Below are positions 1-10,271 of a DNA stretch of 64,000 bases, one piece after another (positions within the stretch are counted from its first letter, which is position 1; each line of letters begins with the position of its first letter). The notes below the pieces were generated by a model, which made no database searches, was not told the DNA's origin, and saw only the letters and a program-made list of their open reading frames with translations. The translations under genes and the position numbers were made by a program. The stretch comes from Trypanosoma brucei (lineage: Eukaryota), in assembly GCA_000002445.1 (NCBI GenBank), contig CP000068.1:352001-416000 (forward strand). The letters are read 5' to 3'.

Positions 1-437
1 GAGAAGAGGGCGTTGTAAACGATTAAGAAGCAAAGGAGAGGGTCGCATGGGCCACCATAGCAGCCTTGCGTTGGGTATAGTGAATACGCCCACATAAGTC
101 TACGCAGTGTGCGGTACCCTTTTCTTTTCCCTTCCAGTAAGTAAGACATATATTTATTTGTTTATGTCGTTGCACAGTTTGTATTTTTTGTCTTCTTTCT
201 CCATCTGTCCGCTCCGGCAGTGATGATGAAACCCTCAGTGTTTTAAGCGTTAGCACCTCGACTAAGTCGCGTAAGGAGTCTCTGGCCTTTCTATCTTATC
301 CGCCTAGATTTGTTCCTTCTTCCTAAGTCGATATTTATAGAAATATTTTTCTACATAACGTTAGGTGGGGTGCAGGAGAAAGGCGGAGAAGAGTAAAAGG
401 TAACAGTGAAAGGAGGAGAACCTCAGTCAAAGAGAGA

Positions 438-463
438 ATATATATATATATATATATATATAT
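438..463 (+). repeat. (TA)12-13 microsatellite
   Basis: Perfect TA dinucleotide run. Confidence 0.9.
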
Positions 464-610
464 TCTTTTATTTTTGTCACCTAGCAGTTTACATCAAGTC
501 ACGTTCCGCGTACTTCGTTTCACTATTGCGTTGCCCCAATCATCACTATTTTTTTACGCGTCGTTGATATCATTTAGTTTACGTACAAAGGTCACATCAA
601 ATTCACTGTC
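464..610 (+). promoter_or_regulatory. Polypyrimidine-rich tract followed by AG dinucleotides upstream of ThrRS; candidate spliced-leader trans-splice acceptor region / 5'UTR
   Basis: Run of T/C-rich sequence (tattcttttatttttgtcacctagcag...ttgccccaatcatcactatttttttacgcg) immediately 5' of the first in-frame ATG (618). The ORF-track start at 474 is a TTG inside this tract. Confidence 0.4.
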
Positions 611-617
611 CTTTACT

Positions 618-3017
618 ATGGCCACGGCTGTTGTTGGGAAGAAAAAGGGAGGTGCAACTGTCGATCTCAAACAGCTACAGGAACCTGACTTTTGGAAGAC
701 GCGTAATGCCATATTTGACGAATTGTATGCCGCCCAGCAGGAGAAATATAAATCCATGCAGAGCCCCATTTCCATCACCCTCAATGATGGAAAGCAGCTC
801 CCTGCCACGAGCTGGCTCACAACGCCTATTGACATTGCGAAGAAGTTGTCCAATTCGCTCGCGGAAAGGGTTGTTGCTGCGCGTGTAAATGAAGAAATTT
901 GGGACCTTACTCGACCTTTTGAGGGCGATGCCACACTTGAGCTGCTTGATTGGGACGATGCTGATGCTCGCCACGTTTTTTGGCACAGTTCCTCCCACGT
1001 GCTTGGTTATGCGCTGGAGCGAGTGTTCCAAACCCGCCTGTCCGTTGGCCCTGCACTTGAGGAGGGTGGTTTCTTCTATGAGGGTGAGACGAACCGCCCG
1101 GTGACGGAAGCGGATTACACCACGATAGAGACAGCGATGCAGGAGTTGGTCAAGATGAAGGTTCCATTTCAGCGCTTAACCGTAAAGAAGGAGGACGCCC
1201 TTCGACTCTTCCAGTACACAGAGTTTAAGAGCAAGATACTCGCAAGTAAGGTTCCTGAGAATGGCACTTGCACGGTGTATCGCTGCGGGAACCTTATTGA
1301 CCCCTGCCGCGGTCCTCACCTCCCCGACACCGGGCGCGTGAAGTCATTCTCCTTAACAAAGAACTCCTCTTCGTACTTTGAGGGGAAGGCGGAGAATGCT
1401 GTGTTACAGCGTGTCTATGGAATTTCATTCCCAAAGCAGACGATGTTAACGGAGTGGAAAAAACTTCAAGAAGAGGCCGCCCGTCGCGACCACCGCACTA
1501 TTGGCCGGCATCAACAGCTCTTCCATTTCCATGAGGCCTCTCCCGGTAACGCTTTCTGGCTCCCGCATGGTGCACGCATCTACAACACACTAATTGAGTT
1601 CCAGCGCAAGCAATATCGCCGACGGGGCTTCGAGGAGGTAGTGTCTCCTAACATGTTCTCATCCAGGTTGTGGATGGTCTCCGGTCACTGGGATAAGTAT
1701 GCTGACAATATGTTCCTCATCAATGTTGAAAAGGAGGACCACGGAATGAAGCCAATGAACTGTCCTGGACACTGCCTCATGTTTGCCATGCAGCCCCACT
1801 CGTACAGGGAGCTTCCTATTCGTTATGCTGATTTTGGGGTTCTGCATCGAAATGAGCTCAGCGGTGCTCTTACAGGGCTCACCCGAGTTCGTCGTTTTCA
1901 GCAGGATGATGCCCACATTTTCTGTCGGATGGATCAGGTGAAGGATGAGATCCACAGCGCTCTCATTTTTCTCAAGGATGTTTATGACGTCCTCGGCTTT
2001 AAGTTCTTTTTGAAGCACTCCACGCGGCCAGAAAACAAGCTCGGTTCAGATGAGATGTGGGATGAGGCGGAGTCCTACTTGCAGGCAGCCCTCAACAGCT
2101 TCTGCGGGATCCCCGACGAGCTTCCTGACCCATTTAACAAGGGTTCCACCTTTGTATACGATGGCCGCAAGGAGAGCGTTAAAAAACTTCGGGCAATGCT
2201 GAAGAAGCGTGGAGACAAGAAAAACGACGAGAACTCACCCGCAGATGATGTGTGGCCGGGCCCAACACATGAGGATGCATGGGAGGAAAACACCGGTGAC
2301 GGTGCTTTCTATGGGCCAAAGATTGACATCGTTGTTGAAGATGCTTTGCGCCGACGGCATCAATGTGCGACCATCCAGCTTGACTTCAACTTACCGAAGC
2401 GGTTTGGTCTCAAGTACACTCTGCCGAGCAATGCAGCGGGCGATGATGGCCCAGCGCCAAAGGCCACCGAGTGCCACAAAGATCCGAACGCGGAATTAAA
2501 AGCTGACAAACCGGAGGGGAAGGTGGAGGCTGCTGCGGGAGCACCGAAGTCGTCCTACGAGAAGGCTGCACACGAACTCAACATTGACCAGCGTTTGGAT
2601 GCCAATCAGGCTCGACCTGTGATGATTCACCGTGCCATTTTCGGTTCTTTGGAGCGCTGCATTGCGATCCTCTGCGAGCACTACGGCGGTGACTGGCCCT
2701 TCTGGCTGAGCCCGCGGCAAGTTATTGTCGTGCCTGTTTCGCTCGAGAACGCTGCGTACGCACAAACGGTGCGCGACACGTTTTTTGCTGCAGGCTTCTT
2801 TGCTGATGTGGACAACGGCACTGCGACGTTGGAGAAGAAGATTCGGAATGCGGAACTGGCACGGTACAACTTCATACTTGTTGTGGGACAAGCTGAGCAA
2901 GAGGGGCAGAGTGTCAATGTGAGGACTCGTGACAATCGCCGGCACGGCACGAAAACGTTGGATGAGGCATTACAATGGTTGCGAGAATTGGCCGATAAAT
3001 ATGATCCGTCCTTCTAA
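618..3017 (+). CDS. ThrRS: Threonyl-tRNA synthetase (class II aaRS; TGS + second additional domain + catalytic core + anticodon-binding domain), 799 aa from first ATG
   Basis: N-terminal TGS-like segment (ISITLNDGKQLPATSW). HSSSH motif of the N2/editing-type domain. Class II motifs (FRDHRTIGR, motif 2 RVRRFQQDDAHIF, motif 3 region GPKIDI, RPVMIHRAIFGSLER). C-terminal anticodon-binding domain (QVIVVPV...NFILVVGQAEQE). Start re-set from TTG 474 to ATG 618. Confidence 0.9.
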   Translation: MATAVVGKKKGGATVDLKQLQEPDFWKTRNAIFDELYAAQQEKYKSMQSPISITLNDGKQLPATSWLTTPIDIAKKLSNSLAERVVAARVNEEIWDLTRPFEGDATLELLDWDDADARHVFWHSSSHVLGYALERVFQTRLSVGPALEEGGFFYEGETNRPVTEADYTTIETAMQELVKMKVPFQRLTVKKEDALRLFQYTEFKSKILASKVPENGTCTVYRCGNLIDPCRGPHLPDTGRVKSFSLTKNSSSYFEGKAENAVLQRVYGISFPKQTMLTEWKKLQEEAARRDHRTIGRHQQLFHFHEASPGNAFWLPHGARIYNTLIEFQRKQYRRRGFEEVVSPNMFSSRLWMVSGHWDKYADNMFLINVEKEDHGMKPMNCPGHCLMFAMQPHSYRELPIRYADFGVLHRNELSGALTGLTRVRRFQQDDAHIFCRMDQVKDEIHSALIFLKDVYDVLGFKFFLKHSTRPENKLGSDEMWDEAESYLQAALNSFCGIPDELPDPFNKGSTFVYDGRKESVKKLRAMLKKRGDKKNDENSPADDVWPGPTHEDAWEENTGDGAFYGPKIDIVVEDALRRRHQCATIQLDFNLPKRFGLKYTLPSNAAGDDGPAPKATECHKDPNAELKADKPEGKVEAAAGAPKSSYEKAAHELNIDQRLDANQARPVMIHRAIFGSLERCIAILCEHYGGDWPFWLSPRQVIVVPVSLENAAYAQTVRDTFFAAGFFADVDNGTATLEKKIRNAELARYNFILVVGQAEQEGQSVNVRTRDNRRHGTKTLDEALQWLRELADKYDPSF

Positions 3018-6000
3018 TCAAACGTGTTGAGTGTCCGGTACGTAGGGCTTCTAATAGCATGGTAGTGAGTTATTGAGACAAAACTTCTTCTTTTTTCTCT
3101 TTTTTCCATCGTCTGCGTTCGTGATGACTTTCTTTCCACTTTTGTCCTCGCCCTTGGTACACTCACGTGCCCGATGGTTGTGTTGGGTGGTTCACAATGC
3201 GTCAGCAAGCATTTGTCCGTTTATGTTCCAAATGTGAGAAACGCTCCCCCTCCCCCCTTTCCACCTATTGGGAGTGCAATCCCTCTAGCTTTTATCCTTT
3301 TGATCACTTTTTTTTTTTTTTGTCATCTTTGATGGAGCGCACGCGTTGATATGATGCGTGGAAGAGTGAGGGGTGGGGGACAACTAAGCTTGAAGAGGAA
3401 GTAGAGTGGATTGTGAGGAGAATTGAGGTGTAGGAAATATGGTAGGCGAAGGCGTGTGTAGATGAACCGTAGTGCTGTAATGTGAGGAAACGGAAAGGGA
3501 AGGGAAGGGAAGGGAAAAACAACAACAGCAACAACAAAAGATGGAAAGGAGTGTAAAGGAGGGAAGGATGGTGCCGCACGGGTACCGCCACCGGTTTTGT
3601 TAAAATATTTAAGCTTTTAAGATTGGGCGAATTTCAACCCAATGCGGTTTTGTGCACTCATAAGAGAGAAAAGATGTGGGTGAACACAACCACACATACG
3701 CGCATGCGAAGGGTGGATGAGGTTTGCAGTGATTCAACGTGTTGTAAAAGAGCCCGAAACAATGAGATGGGGTTGTTTGCGTCTCACTTTTGGCTTTGGT
3801 GTCTTGCCATATAAATGAAAAATTAAAACCTTATTGTCATTGTTGTTATTACTGTTGTTATCTTCTGAAATCGATGAAGGGAAGGGGCACAAGCAGTTGG
3901 AGCAGTAGCAAGGCAAAGGAGCGATGCGCAACCAAAGAACTTAGGGTGAAAAAAGAAGTCAAGAATGAGTATGGGACTTACAGACAAATATGAAACTAGA
4001 AAATATGAAAAGAAAAAATAATGCATACGGGGACCTTTCCCTTCCCACTGAATTCGTACATTTATTTATACTGACCGCTCATGTACATACGCAACTGTAC
4101 CACACAAACGTATGCATGCGAATGTAGGTATATATCTGAATAAATAAATAGATATATTCGCGCATATGTTCGGTTATGGCTGAGTTGTTCTGTGGTGACT
4201 GCGTCGCGGATCATTATAGTCGGAGCTCTTCTACATGAATATAATGACATGCGTTGGAGGGAGCATATGCAGCCCTTGTGGCTACAACCATAGCGCCTCC
4301 CTCACCCTTAATTCCTTTAAGCATTAATGCGGTTACGTGCCTTTAAAGGTGATGGTTGACAGCATTTTCATGTGAAAGCAAGAAACTAAAAAAAGAAAAA
4401 AAAAAGAAGGAAAGGGGGAAGGGGGAGAGGAGGGGACACAAAATGGTAAATGTATCGGAGTGTAGCTGATAAAGCAAGGCGTGACGAGCTGATAAAGCAA
4501 GGCGTGACGAGATACGGAGAGGTGCCATTGGTGACTAAAGTTAAAATGAGGGATAAAGGAATGATAGCAGAAAAACAAAAGCAGGAAGCACACACACACA
4601 CACAAAAAAAAAAAGGGCAGGAAGCATGAAAAGAAAATTGAGGGGGTTGATCTGACTTACCTAAGATGTGAGGAAGGAAAGGGAAGATGTGATGTTGATG
4701 CAACTCGGGACACGCACGCAGACACAAAAGGAAAGTTCCTTCGCTTGGGACCATTGGAAAGAGTACATTTTTTCGAGGCGGTTGGGGCAGTGATCACGCG
4801 TCGGTTTTGGCATCAATAACGTTCTTATTATGCATTTGTATTTTTTTTTTTCACTCTTGAATCATGAAAGAATTTCTATGAAAACAAACTCATAGCTTCA
4901 TTTTGTACTTCTTTTTGAACTTGTGCGGCGGTTCCTTTCCTCTATTCTCGTTTCTCCATGGCATTATTCTTTTTTATATACAAACACTGAGCTGAATTGA
5001 ATTATGCAGCAGCGAAGAAGAAGGGAGGCATTTTTACTGTTGGACGGCGCATGTAATTATATATCGTATCAAACTGTTGTTGTTGTTGTTTTTCCCAAGA
5101 GTCCAAATGGTGGGAAAGTGACGGGAATTTGAAAAAAAAAAGGAGAGGAGACAAAAATGAAGCGAGATAAGAAGGTAAGCAGCAACGAAAAAAAAAACGG
5201 AAATAAGGAGTATGCTTAAAACGAAATGTGTATTTTCCCGCGCGAATGTTTGTTTTGTTGATGCGTTTATTTGTTTGTCCATTACTTTTGTTATTGACTT
5301 CTATTTTACTTAGTACCATGCCATAACGGCAGTTTGTTGTAAATTGTGCCCAATCGATTTGAAAATTTCTTCTTCCCCCCTTTCATTCCCTCTCTTCTTC
5401 TTTTTTTTAAAAAAAATAAAAATAATCACTTTATATTACTTGTGTGAGTGTTTGTGTGTACTTCATATGGGTTCCATTACTATTATTTTGTTTTATTACC
5501 GTTAACGTTATAATTATTTTTATTACCATTATCATCATCGCTTTTACTACCTGTTCACTTTTATGAATTTGTTCTTGTCTGTTTTTTCTTTTTTTTCTTT
5601 ACCCCTCCCCCAAAATAACTCACTTCCTCGTGATGGGGCTGCACGGCGGAGCATTTTTTTCTTTGTGTGTGTGTGTTTGTGTGTGATTTTTTTTTTTTCG
5701 TTTCAATTACTTCTTTCCCTACTCTTTGTTACCGCCCCTAACACGAGCTGCAGCTAAAGGGGAATATCGGCGCTTTTGTAGAAAAAAAAGTGGATGAATA
5801 ACTCGATTACCGAATGGGAAAATTTAGAGAAGAAGGGGTGCAGAGGAGAGGAAAGAGAAGTAATCCCACACGATGTGACTGTTCAACATGAAATTGACAT
5901 ATTTCGATTATTGGGTTAAGACATTTTTGGAAGTTGGGCGCGTTACAATCAAATCAAATGAAACGCTGCGAAGTGAAGTCGGGGATGTTTGCAGTCGTCG

Positions 6001-6099
6001 CGAGTGAGTGATAAACAAAAAAAGAAGAGAGAAGGGGAATCGCAGACAACAGAACAAGGCAGTAGCGAGTAGGGCGAGGAGGTGCCGCCATCTCGGACT

Positions 6100-6190
6100 T
6101 GTTTTTTTTTACATCTTTGTGTTTTGGAGGATACCTCTGTTGTTTTTTTGTTTTATTTCTTTTTCGCTCCCCGTTTCTTCGTACCCGGCC
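6100..6190 (+). promoter_or_regulatory. Polypyrimidine tract upstream of PEX5 (candidate trans-splicing signal)
   Basis: gtttttttttacatctttgtgttttggaggatacctctgttgtttttttgttttatttctttttcgctccccgtttcttcg, about 200 nt 5' of the ATG at 6389. Confidence 0.4.
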
Positions 6191-6388
6191 GCTGTAATTC
6201 ATTCCACGTCCCCCCGGTTAAGGTCACTTAGAGAACATATACAGCTACATATACCAGGCAACAGTAACAATTCACAGTGAACAGTTTATTTCAACAGAGA
6301 CATTCATAAAAAGTGAAACCCAGGGAGAGGCGAGGCGGAGGAAAGGGGAAAAGCAACAACAACAACAACTTAATTTGAACAAAAGTAA

Positions 6389-8356
6389 ATGGACTGCGGC
6401 GCCGGTTTTGCCTTGGGGCAACAACTTGCGAAGGATGCCCTTCACATGCAGGGCGGGGTGCGTCCTGGGACCACTGGCAACGTGGAGCAAGATGCTCTTA
6501 TGACTGGCATGATGGTACCACCCACCGGGCCCATGGAAGACTGGGCTCAGCACTTTGCTGCCCATCAACATCACCACCAGCAGCATCAACAAATGATGAT
6601 GCAGCGGCAACATAACGATGCGCTCATGATTCAGCAGCAGCATCGGGATATGGAGGAGGCATTTCGCGCATCCGCCAGAGCTGGGGCACCACAGCAAGCC
6701 AACGCTGGACCTCTTATGATGCCTCCAGGTCCAATGATGATGGCAGGGGGAATGGCTCCTATGATGCACGCTGGTGGTTTTATGATGGGCGGGATGCCGC
6801 AAATGATGCCATGTACTCCCATGGGAATGAACATGGGGATGGCGCCAGTAGCAACAATGAACCCAGCAACGACAAGTACAGTAAGTGGTGCTAGAGAGGG
6901 TGCCACTGCAGTATCTTCTGCAGCACCGGGTGTGGTGGATTTGGGTGGTGACAGCGCATGGGCGGAGAAATTGCACCAGGCGGAGTGGGGACAGGATTAC
7001 AAGGATGTTGAGGTGCATACGGTGGAGGGCTCAACGGCACAAACTGTAGAAGAACATGCCAAGACGTCCAAATTTTATGAGTTTATGGATAAGATACGCA
7101 AAAAGGAACTTCTTGTTGATGAGGATTCAGGGGAGGTTGTTCAGGGACCGGGCCCAGACCCGGATGTGGAGGCTGACACAGAGTATTTGGCTAGGTTGGC
7201 TGCTATGGAGGGCATAAACGTACCGCCCAGTGTCATGGACCACATGCAGGGACAAGACGGCGTTCAGAGGGGGACCGATGAGGATATGGAAGGAATGATG
7301 GGTGATGATGTGTACGACCCCAGCGCCGACGTTGAGCAGTGGGCACAGGAATACGCTCAAATGCAGGCCATGCAGGAGCGTCTGCAGAACAACACAGACT
7401 ATCCGTTTGAGGCCAACAACCCATATATGTACCACGAAAACCCCATGGAGGAGGGTCTTTCAATGTTAAAGCTAGCTAACCTTGCGGAGGCTGCGCTCGC
7501 TTTTGAAGCGGTGTGCCAAAAGGAGCCTGAACGTGAGGAGGCTTGGCGGTCTCTGGGCTTAACTCAAGCTGAGAATGAGAAGGACGGTCTCGCCATCATC
7601 GCACTCAACCATGCACGCATGTTGGACCCGAAGGACATTGCAGTGCACGCCGCGCTCGCGGTGTCCCACACAAATGAACACAATGCCAATGCGGCACTGG
7701 CTTCGTTACGGGCATGGCTGTTGTCGCAACCGCAGTATGAACAGCTTGGCTCAGTTAACCTGCAAGCGGACGTCGACATAGATGATTTGAATGTACAGAG
7801 CGAAGATTTCTTCTTTGCGGCTCCAAATGAGTACAGAGAGTGCCGTACGCTCCTCCATGCAGCCCTGGAGATGAACCCCAATGACGCTCAGTTACACGCA
7901 AGCCTTGGTGTATTGTACAACCTTTCCAATAATTATGACTCTGCGGCTGCTAACCTCCGCCGCGCTGTGGAACTTCGACCCGACGACGCGCAACTGTGGA
8001 ACAAACTCGGCGCGACTCTCGCAAATGGCAACCGACCGCAAGAAGCTCTGGATGCGTATAACCGCGCACTTGACATCAACCCGGGATATGTGCGTGTCAT
8101 GTATAATATGGCGGTTTCCTACTCTAACATGTCACAGTATGATCTCGCGGCGAAGCAACTGGTACGCGCGATTTATATGCAAGTGGGCGGCACAACTCCG
8201 ACAGGAGAGGCCTCTCGTGAAGCCACGCGCTCCATGTGGGACTTCTTCCGTATGCTTCTGAACGTTATGAACCGTCCGGACCTCGTGGAACTGACATATG
8301 CTCAAAATGTGGAGCCATTCGCAAAGGAGTTTGGCCTGCAGTCTATGTTACTGTGA
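6389..8356 (+). CDS. PEX5: Peroxin 5 (PTS1 receptor for glycosomal/peroxisomal matrix import), 655 aa
   Basis: The N-terminal half is Met/Gly/Pro/Gln-rich low complexity carrying WxxxF/Y pentapeptides (WAQHF, WAEKL, WAQEY) typical of PEX14-binding motifs. The C-terminal half is TPR repeats (…AWRSLGLTQAENE…, …LHASLGVLYNLSNNYDSAAANLRRAVELRPDDAQLWNKLGATLANGNRPQEALDAYNRALDINPGYVRVMYNMAVSYSNM…). The 655-aa length matches the published T. brucei PEX5. Confidence 0.9.
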   Translation: MDCGAGFALGQQLAKDALHMQGGVRPGTTGNVEQDALMTGMMVPPTGPMEDWAQHFAAHQHHHQQHQQMMMQRQHNDALMIQQQHRDMEEAFRASARAGAPQQANAGPLMMPPGPMMMAGGMAPMMHAGGFMMGGMPQMMPCTPMGMNMGMAPVATMNPATTSTVSGAREGATAVSSAAPGVVDLGGDSAWAEKLHQAEWGQDYKDVEVHTVEGSTAQTVEEHAKTSKFYEFMDKIRKKELLVDEDSGEVVQGPGPDPDVEADTEYLARLAAMEGINVPPSVMDHMQGQDGVQRGTDEDMEGMMGDDVYDPSADVEQWAQEYAQMQAMQERLQNNTDYPFEANNPYMYHENPMEEGLSMLKLANLAEAALAFEAVCQKEPEREEAWRSLGLTQAENEKDGLAIIALNHARMLDPKDIAVHAALAVSHTNEHNANAALASLRAWLLSQPQYEQLGSVNLQADVDIDDLNVQSEDFFFAAPNEYRECRTLLHAALEMNPNDAQLHASLGVLYNLSNNYDSAAANLRRAVELRPDDAQLWNKLGATLANGNRPQEALDAYNRALDINPGYVRVMYNMAVSYSNMSQYDLAAKQLVRAIYMQVGGTTPTGEASREATRSMWDFFRMLLNVMNRPDLVELTYAQNVEPFAKEFGLQSMLL

Positions 8357-8546
8357 GAGCGTAAAGGCATTCTGCTTATGTGTATGTGCGCACGTGTCGC
8401 CAGGGGAAAGGTATGCATGCGTGTGTGTGGAAATTGAAGGAAACAAAACCCGCCCGCGTATGTATGGAAAGGTGATATTAGGGGCCAATTTTCTTTACCT
8501 CTTCCTCTGATCGGTAACATAAGTGAAGCCAAATCCAAAAAAAAAA

Positions 8547-8548
<2 letters not shown>

Positions 8549-8618
<70 letters not shown>
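8549..8618 (+). repeat. (TA)35 dinucleotide microsatellite
   Basis: 70 bp of perfect TA repeat after an A10 run. It translates as the IYIYIY… pseudo-ORFs on the minus strand. Confidence 0.95.
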
Positions 8619-8622
<4 letters not shown>

Positions 8623-9355
8623 GATGGAATGGATAAATAATAAATTGAGGGATGGAAGGAACGGTAACGGCCACGTTTATAATCGATAATGGTGGGCTGG
8701 ATACGAATTTGAGCGGGTGAGAACTTGAGCGGGCGAATGAAGCTGACGATTTGGGCGGACCAACGGGTGAGTGACTGAAAACGGTAGTGAGGTTTAAGAC
8801 TAAATTGTAAAGTTCTCTTGAGGAGGGAGCTAAGAGAAGGGGAATAAAAAGATAATATCGCAGGGCTTGTGCCAATCAAACAGCACCCGCGGAGGCAAAT
8901 ATTTCCAGTTTGTTTTTCGTTTGGAAACTTTCTTTCACCCCGTGTTGTTGCTCTTGTTTCCCTCGGTATTTGGTATTGTTGCTGAATGCAGTTACTTTGC
9001 GTTAGTGGTGGAGTGGTCAAAAGTTTGTGTTTACGCTGAGGAAAAAGGAAAAAAAATGTCTGGCCGTAGCTCGAACAATATATATTACAAACAGGGTCAT
9101 ATGTGCGCTGTTACACGCAATGATATGCCGTGCGTTTTGAAATGAAAGATGACGGTGATAGGAGGGGTGGTGTAAAACTAAGAGGGAAATAATGCAACTT
9201 AATAATATTAAAAAGGGGTGCAGTGATGGACATTTGGGAGCCAAGAGGGAGGAGTATCAAGAAAGAAGATGCAAGGAAGGACAAACGCAGGATATGAAGT
9301 GCAAGGCGATGGATGGAGTAAAGGATTAGAGAAAAGAAGGGTGGGAAGCAGGTTC

Positions 9356-9358
<3 letters not shown>

Positions 9359-9388
<30 letters not shown>
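9359..9388 (+). repeat. (TA)15 microsatellite
   Basis: Perfect TA dinucleotide run. Confidence 0.9.
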
Positions 9389-9390
<2 letters not shown>

Positions 9391-9810
9391 TTTTATTTAT
9401 TTGTTCGAGACAATAAACTGCTGGCGGGGGACTTGCCCTTTTCTTTTCTTTTCTCTTCTTTGATCGTGCGTATATACATATTTATGTATTTGGTACTTCG
9501 TACCCGTTGTTTTAGCCTGTATTTTACTGGCCGTTGGCTTCCTTGTTTCATTTGACTACCGTCAATCAGTTTATTGCATTACTACTGCGTCTTGACTCTT
9601 GCCATCTCCCCCTCACTTTCCCTTTGATGGAAGCTCCAAACTGTTCGGTTTGGCACGGCGCGAAGGCATGAGAGCCTCACGGTACATGTTGAAGATTAAA
9701 TGTATCCGTGATGAGACTATGGCGAATGGAGGGAAGGATGCCCTGAGCACAAGCTGCAACATTGTTCAACAGCACAAGTGTATTCGTGATATTTATAAGC
9801 ACATGTGCGC

Positions 9811-9837
9811 GTGTGTGAGTGTGTGTGTGTGTGTGTG
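9811..9837 (+). repeat. (GT)n microsatellite
   Basis: gtgtgtgagtgtgtgtgtgtgtgtgtg. Confidence 0.85.
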
Positions 9838-9929
9838 GTGATAGCAGCACTCATAATATGTGCGTTAACTGTTCTCATGCGAAGCCCTTCGTGCTTACTT
9901 TTCATCCGTCTTGGTATTACCGTTGCTTC

Positions 9930-10215
9930 AATGACATGCGGTCCTTGGGGTTGTGTCCCTTGTGCTGTTGTTGTTGTGTTTCCTCCCTTCGTCTTCTTTT
10001 GGCTGAATCCAGTCTCACTTATTTATTTCACCACCCTTCTTTACCATTATTACTGTCATTGTTAATCTCCTTTGTCTTCTCTCCGTGTTTTCAGAGCTGC
10101 TGTGGGAGCTTTCCTGTGCTGCTATATCCTTAACACTTCACTCTCACTAACCACACCCTTGTCTTCCTCTTTATCATTATTGTCGTCGATTCGCGGTAAT
10201 TAACGTTTCGTCGTT
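9930..10215 (+). promoter_or_regulatory. Extended polypyrimidine region upstream of the ribosomal protein gene (candidate trans-splice acceptor region)
   Basis: Very C/T-rich stretch (cttgtgctgttgttgttgtgtttcctcccttcgtcttcttttgg…ctttgtcttctctccgtgttttcag) ending in AG about 170 nt before the ATG at 10272. Confidence 0.45.
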
Positions 10216-10271
10216 TTTTTTGTTTTTCTTTCACGCATAGGGACCACAAGGGAAACCACCGAAGGAACCAA

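Noticed and set aside
474-617. N-terminal extensions in the ORF track (474, 36000, 40959, 43778, 47233, 52962)
   Set aside because: These 'starts' are TTG/GTG codons (verified against the nucleotide sequence) lying inside polypyrimidine tracts. Trypanosome nuclear genes initiate at ATG, so the starts were moved to the first in-frame ATG.
6272-7018. 248-aa minus-strand ORF rich in His/Cys/Trp
   Set aside because: It is antisense to the Met/Gly/Pro-rich low-complexity region of PEX5 (ATG/CAT-rich DNA reads as His/Cys on the other strand). It is fully contained in a high-confidence gene.
8478-9020. 180-aa and 126-aa minus-strand ORFs containing IYIYIYIY…
   Set aside because: This is translation through the (TA)35 microsatellite. 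It is not coding.
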